DNA of 56,162 nucleotides from a virus: IMG/VR virus record IMGVR_UViG_3300045988_083024; one strand, 5' to 3'. Shown piece by piece: positions 53,171 to 56,162 of this stretch (position 1 is its first letter; each line of letters starts with the position of its first letter). The notes under the pieces were generated by a model. It saw only the letters and a program-made list of their open reading frames with translations, ran no database searches and was not told where the DNA came from. The position numbers and the translations under genes were made by a program.

Positions 53171-54548
53171 GACGTTCACCCCGCATCCGTATCAGCAGTA
53201 TTGCATCAACCGCATTGTGGAATCCCCTGCGGTGGGCCTGTTCCTCGATATGGGGCTGGGCAAGACCGCTATAACCCTCATGGCTATCCGCTGCCTAAAG
53301 TTCGACTGCTGGGCCGTGAATCGCGTTCTGGTGGTGGCCCCGAAGAAGGTAGCAGAAGCCACATGGCAGAATGAAGCCGCAACGTGGGAACAGACCCAAG
53401 GGCTGCGGGTGGTCGAGGTGCTGGGCACGGAGGCTCATCGGCGGCGGGTGCTGGCTACACAGGCAGATGTCTACGTCATCAACCGAGAAAACATTCCATG
53501 GCTGGTGCAGGAGTGCGGGCGGGCATGGCCGTTTGATATGGTCGTACTGGATGAAAGCAGCAGCTTTAAGAATCCCCGTTCCCATCGGTTCCGTGCCCTA
53601 AAGACTGTCCGGCCTAAGATTCACCGCCTTGTCGAGCTGACGGGTACGCCAACATCCAACGGCCTGATGGATTTGTGGGCGCAGATTTACCTGTTGGACG
53701 GTGGGCAGCGGCTGGGCCGCACGATTACCGCATACCGGGAGATATATTTCACCCCGGACAAGCGGAGCCGGACGCAGATTTTTTCGTATCGGCCCAAGGT
53801 GGGCGCACAGGAGGACATCTATCGGCAGCTGTCCGATATTTGTATCAGCATGAAAGCCGCTGATTACCTGTCACTGCCTGACTGTATCACCGATAACATC
53901 CCCGTGGTGTTGGATAAGGCCGCAAAACAGGCGTATGACAGGCTGGAACGGGATGCCCTGTTGGAAGTCGAGGACGGCGTGATTACCGCCGGGAGTGCTG
54001 GCGTTCTGACGGGCAAGCTGTTGCAGCTGTGCAACGGGGCCGTCTACGATGAGAACGGCGATGTGCAGATCGTCCATGGCTGCAAGATTGCTGCCTTTCT
54101 GGAAGTCGTGGAGCAGCTGGGCGGGCAACACGCGCTTGTATTCTACGGATTCAAGCATGATGCAGACCGTTTACAGACCGCGCTAAAGTCCACCGGGCTG
54201 CGGGTGCGCGTCTACGGTGGCGCAGAGGACGCGCAGGCGTGGAATGCTGGCGAGGTCGATATTTTACTTGCTCATCCGGCAAGCTGTGCCTACGGGCTTA
54301 ATTTGCAGGCAGGCGGGCATCACGTCATCTGGTTCAGTCTGACGTGGGCACTGGAGCAATACCAGCAGGCCAATAAGCGGCTGCATCGGCAGGGGCAGAC
54401 AGAGCCGTGTATCATTCACAATCTGATTGTTCAGGGCGGCGTGGATGAAGATGTCATCCGGGCGCTGGATCGAAAAGAGGACGCGCAGGATAGCTTGTTG
54501 TCCGCGCTAAAGGTCAAGGTCAAGAGCGCAAGGGAGGCGGTACAATGA
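53160..54548 (+). CDS. SNF2-family helicase
   Basis: DMGLGKTAITL, VLDESSSFKN, QANKRLHRQGQ. Confidence 0.8.
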   Translation: MTCKTFTPHPYQQYCINRIVESPAVGLFLDMGLGKTAITLMAIRCLKFDCWAVNRVLVVAPKKVAEATWQNEAATWEQTQGLRVVEVLGTEAHRRRVLATQADVYVINRENIPWLVQECGRAWPFDMVVLDESSSFKNPRSHRFRALKTVRPKIHRLVELTGTPTSNGLMDLWAQIYLLDGGQRLGRTITAYREIYFTPDKRSRTQIFSYRPKVGAQEDIYRQLSDICISMKAADYLSLPDCITDNIPVVLDKAAKQAYDRLERDALLEVEDGVITAGSAGVLTGKLLQLCNGAVYDENGDVQIVHGCKIAAFLEVVEQLGGQHALVFYGFKHDADRLQTALKSTGLRVRVYGGAEDAQAWNAGEVDILLAHPASCAYGLNLQAGGHHVIWFSLTWALEQYQQANKRLHRQGQTEPCIIHNLIVQGGVDEDVIRALDRKEDAQDSLLSALKVKVKSAREAVQ

Positions 54549-54964
54549 CCATCAAAGAGTTATCGCAGTTGTTTTGGCTGAATCGTGAAATTGCGGACTT
54601 GCAAAGGCGGGCTGCTGACATCGAGGAACGGACTGGATCACCGTCAAGCCCTGACCTGTCCGGGATGCCCAAAGGCGGCGGCACGGGCGCGGGCAAGGTG
54701 GAGGCGGGGGCTATCGAATGCGCTGACCTGTATGCCCAGATTGTCGAGATGCAGCACAAGTGCGAGCATGAGCGCGAGCGGCTGACGCAGTACATCAATG
54801 ACATCCCAGACAGCTTTATCCGGCAGATTTTCCGTTGCAAGTTTCTGGACTGCATGACGTGGGAGGCAGTGGCCGGGCAGCTCCCCGGTGTGTACACGGG
54901 CAGCGGTGTGCGCAAGAAAGTGACCCGCTATCTGGACGAAAACCCGGAAAAGTCCGAAAGTTGA
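54545..54964 (+). CDS. DUF1492 / sigma-region-4-like late transcription regulator
   Basis: LNREIADLQRR...SGMPKGGG...YINDIPDSFIRQIFRCKFLDCMTWEAVA. Last gene before the late operon. Confidence 0.6.
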   Translation: MTIKELSQLFWLNREIADLQRRAADIEERTGSPSSPDLSGMPKGGGTGAGKVEAGAIECADLYAQIVEMQHKCEHERERLTQYINDIPDSFIRQIFRCKFLDCMTWEAVAGQLPGVYTGSGVRKKVTRYLDENPEKSES

Positions 54965-55101
54965 CCATTTTTGTCCAAAAGTTCCCAACATTCCCACGCA
55001 TACCTGTGTTATAATTAAACTGCGATTCAGCGTAGAGCATGGGGCTGCGCTGAACGTGTACATGGGATTCTTTGCTCATGGGATGAATCACTCCTTTCGG
55101 G

Positions 55102-55134
55102 AAAACCGCTACCTTTGACCGGGCAGCGGTTTTT
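55102..55134 (+). terminator. Hairpin plus T-run in the leader upstream of the late operon
   Basis: Stem aaaaccgct/agcggtttt (GC core ccgct/agcgg), 14-nt loop, T-run 55130-55134. Confidence 0.35.
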
Positions 55135-55150
55135 CTGTTGTTGAGGTACT

Positions 55151-55825
55151 ATGTCTGAAAGCTATCGGCAAACGCGCAACTACGAAAACCTGAACCGCTG
55201 CATCTATCCCGGTGTCGGTGAGTTTGGCATACCAGAGCTTGAGCCTGTCCACTGTGATGCAGAAACGTGGATAGGCTTTAACTATGCCAAGGGCTGCGAT
55301 GTAGAGGACAGACCCGCGCACAGTGTCCACTTTTTCATTGACGATTACCAGTTTAACCGTCTGTGGACTGCGCCGGATGTCTATTTGTCAATGCTGTCCG
55401 GGTTCCGTTGCGTTGCAACCCCGGACTTTTCCATGTACACGGATTTCCCCAAAGCCATCCAGATATACAACCATTACCGCAAGCACTGGCTAGGCCGCTA
55501 CTGGCAGGATCACGGCATTACCGTCATCCCGACTATTGCATGGAGTACGCCGGACAGTTATGAGTGGTGCTTTGATGGTGAGCCTGTCGGCGGCGATGTC
55601 ATTGTGTCATCTGTCGGTACGCAGGCAGACCCGGAATGCGCGGAATTGTTCATGTCCGGCTATCGGGAGATGGAAAGACGTTTGGAACCTAGCAAGGTCA
55701 TCTTTTATGGCGATGTGCCGGATGCCCTGAAATGGCGGTCAAACGTGTGCCCGGTTCCCGCATTCCAGCACGAGCTGAAAAAGCGGATAGCCGCAAAGCA
55801 GAAAGCGGCGAAAGAAAAAGTTTGA
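55151..55825 (+). CDS. DUF4417-family protein
   Basis: HFFIDDYQFNRLW...VATPDFSMYTDFP...IYNHYRKHWLGRYWQDHGITVIPTIAWS. Confidence 0.65.
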   Translation: MSESYRQTRNYENLNRCIYPGVGEFGIPELEPVHCDAETWIGFNYAKGCDVEDRPAHSVHFFIDDYQFNRLWTAPDVYLSMLSGFRCVATPDFSMYTDFPKAIQIYNHYRKHWLGRYWQDHGITVIPTIAWSTPDSYEWCFDGEPVGGDVIVSSVGTQADPECAELFMSGYREMERRLEPSKVIFYGDVPDALKWRSNVCPVPAFQHELKKRIAAKQKAAKEKV

Positions 55826-55848
55826 CGATGCAAAGGGAGGACGCTATA

Positions 55849-56162
55849 ATGGGCGGTAGAGGGAGCAAAAGTCAGATGTCCGGCGGTGTTTCTGTCGGTG
55901 CAGCTGGCGGCGGTGGTGGAGGGCTGAACGGCCCCGCTGCACAGTTTCAGGTGCAGACCAATCCGCCCAATATCGTGCCCACGGCACAACAGGCGGCGCA
56001 GCTGAACAGCTCTGTATTCGCTGACACGGATACCCAGACCTATCACCAGATGTTCAACGGCAAGCAGTATTTCCAGAATCAGAATCTGAATATTGACCAG
56101 CAGATTGCCACGATCAACTATCTGGCAGATCAGCCGGAGCCGGGTAGCTTGTATTCGCCCTC
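55849..56162 (+). CDS. N-terminal part of the R-S-E ART-fold protein (continues at 1-654 across the circular junction)
   Basis: MGGRGSKSQMSGGVSVGAAGGGGGG... RBS GGGAGG. The first 14 nt of the ORF are identical to the 858 ORF. Confidence 0.6.
   Translation, partial: MGGRGSKSQMSGGVSVGAAGGGGGGLNGPAAQFQVQTNPPNIVPTAQQAAQLNSSVFADTDTQTYHQMFNGKQYFQNQNLNIDQQIATINYLADQPEPGSLYSP
56044..56162. repeat. Terminal overlap, copy 2 (identical to 1-119)
   Basis: Same 119 bases as the window start. Most simply an assembly overlap of a circular or circularly permuted molecule. Confidence 0.9.

Larger units (their letters stand above)
1..56162. mobile_element. Circularly closed temperate siphovirus-type phage genome (unique length about 56,043 bp)
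   Basis: Exact 119-bp repeat at both window ends. Full packaging-head-tail-lysis-lysogeny-replication gene order. Serine integrase plus XRE repressor are present. Confidence 0.85.

Noticed and set aside
54816-55091. Minus-strand 91-aa ORF with an AAAGGAG-like site upstream of an internal ATG (55079).
   Set aside because: It runs antisense into the 3' end of the late-regulator gene, and its distal half is Pro/Arg/Cys-rich nonsense. More likely a chance ORF in the structured leader; the region is reported as a regulatory finding instead.
1-56162. tRNA, rRNA or tmRNA genes and transposase/IS elements.
   Set aside because: No cloverleaf-like segment or transposase-type ORF noticed in any intergenic region. 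The intergenic space is accounted for by promoters, terminators and the two iteron blocks. This was checked by eye only.

Overview
The window is a complete, circularly closed genome of a temperate siphovirus-type phage. Bases 1-119 are repeated exactly at 56044-56162, so the unique length is about 56,043 bp. Gene families (LemA, XkdX, large serine recombinase, DUF2800/DUF2815/PolA/VirE replication module) suggest a Firmicutes/Clostridia-like host; this is inference. Nearly everything is on the + strand. Order: two ADP-ribosyltransferase-fold genes each followed by a tiny Lys-rich ORF (the first ART gene crosses the circular junction), then terS, terL, portal, MuF, scaffold, capsid, connectors, tail tube, chaperones, a 1796-aa tape measure and tail-tip proteins. 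Next comes a diversity-generating retroelement (DGR: target1/VR1, avd, TR, RT), then the lysis cassette, an iteron-like non-coding block, and a promoter-to-terminator-delimited 5-gene operon containing a SECOND DGR target (VR2) next to LemA and membrane proteins. After that: a macrodomain protein, an anti-restriction / nucleotide-metabolism island (Lar-like x3, C5 methyltransferase, HAD, DUF1599, ThyX), several small RHH-regulator cassettes, a reverse-strand secreted-protein moron, a Bro-N antirepressor, and the lysogeny module (serine integrase, TM2 protein, XRE repressor; minus strand). The replication module follows (DUF2800 nuclease, DUF2815 SSB-like, family A polymerase, SNF2 helicase + methyltransferase, MazG, NADAR, VirE primase-helicase, a second iteron block, VRR-NUC, second SNF2), then a DUF1492-type late regulator and DUF4417. 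Main points of interest: (1) the two-target DGR, whose TR/VR differences fall on TR adenines (8/8 in VR1, 13/14 in VR2) and which has a conserved GACA-loop hairpin downstream of both VRs; (2) the remote VR2 target in a non-structural LemA operon driven by a near-exact copy of the early promoter; (3) two paralogous YCTAACA iteron blocks on roughly opposite sides of the circle; (4) an ADP-ribosylation theme (two ART-fold proteins with a shared MGGRGSK N-terminus, plus a macrodomain and a NADAR). All family calls come from motif recognition by eye; no database search was run.
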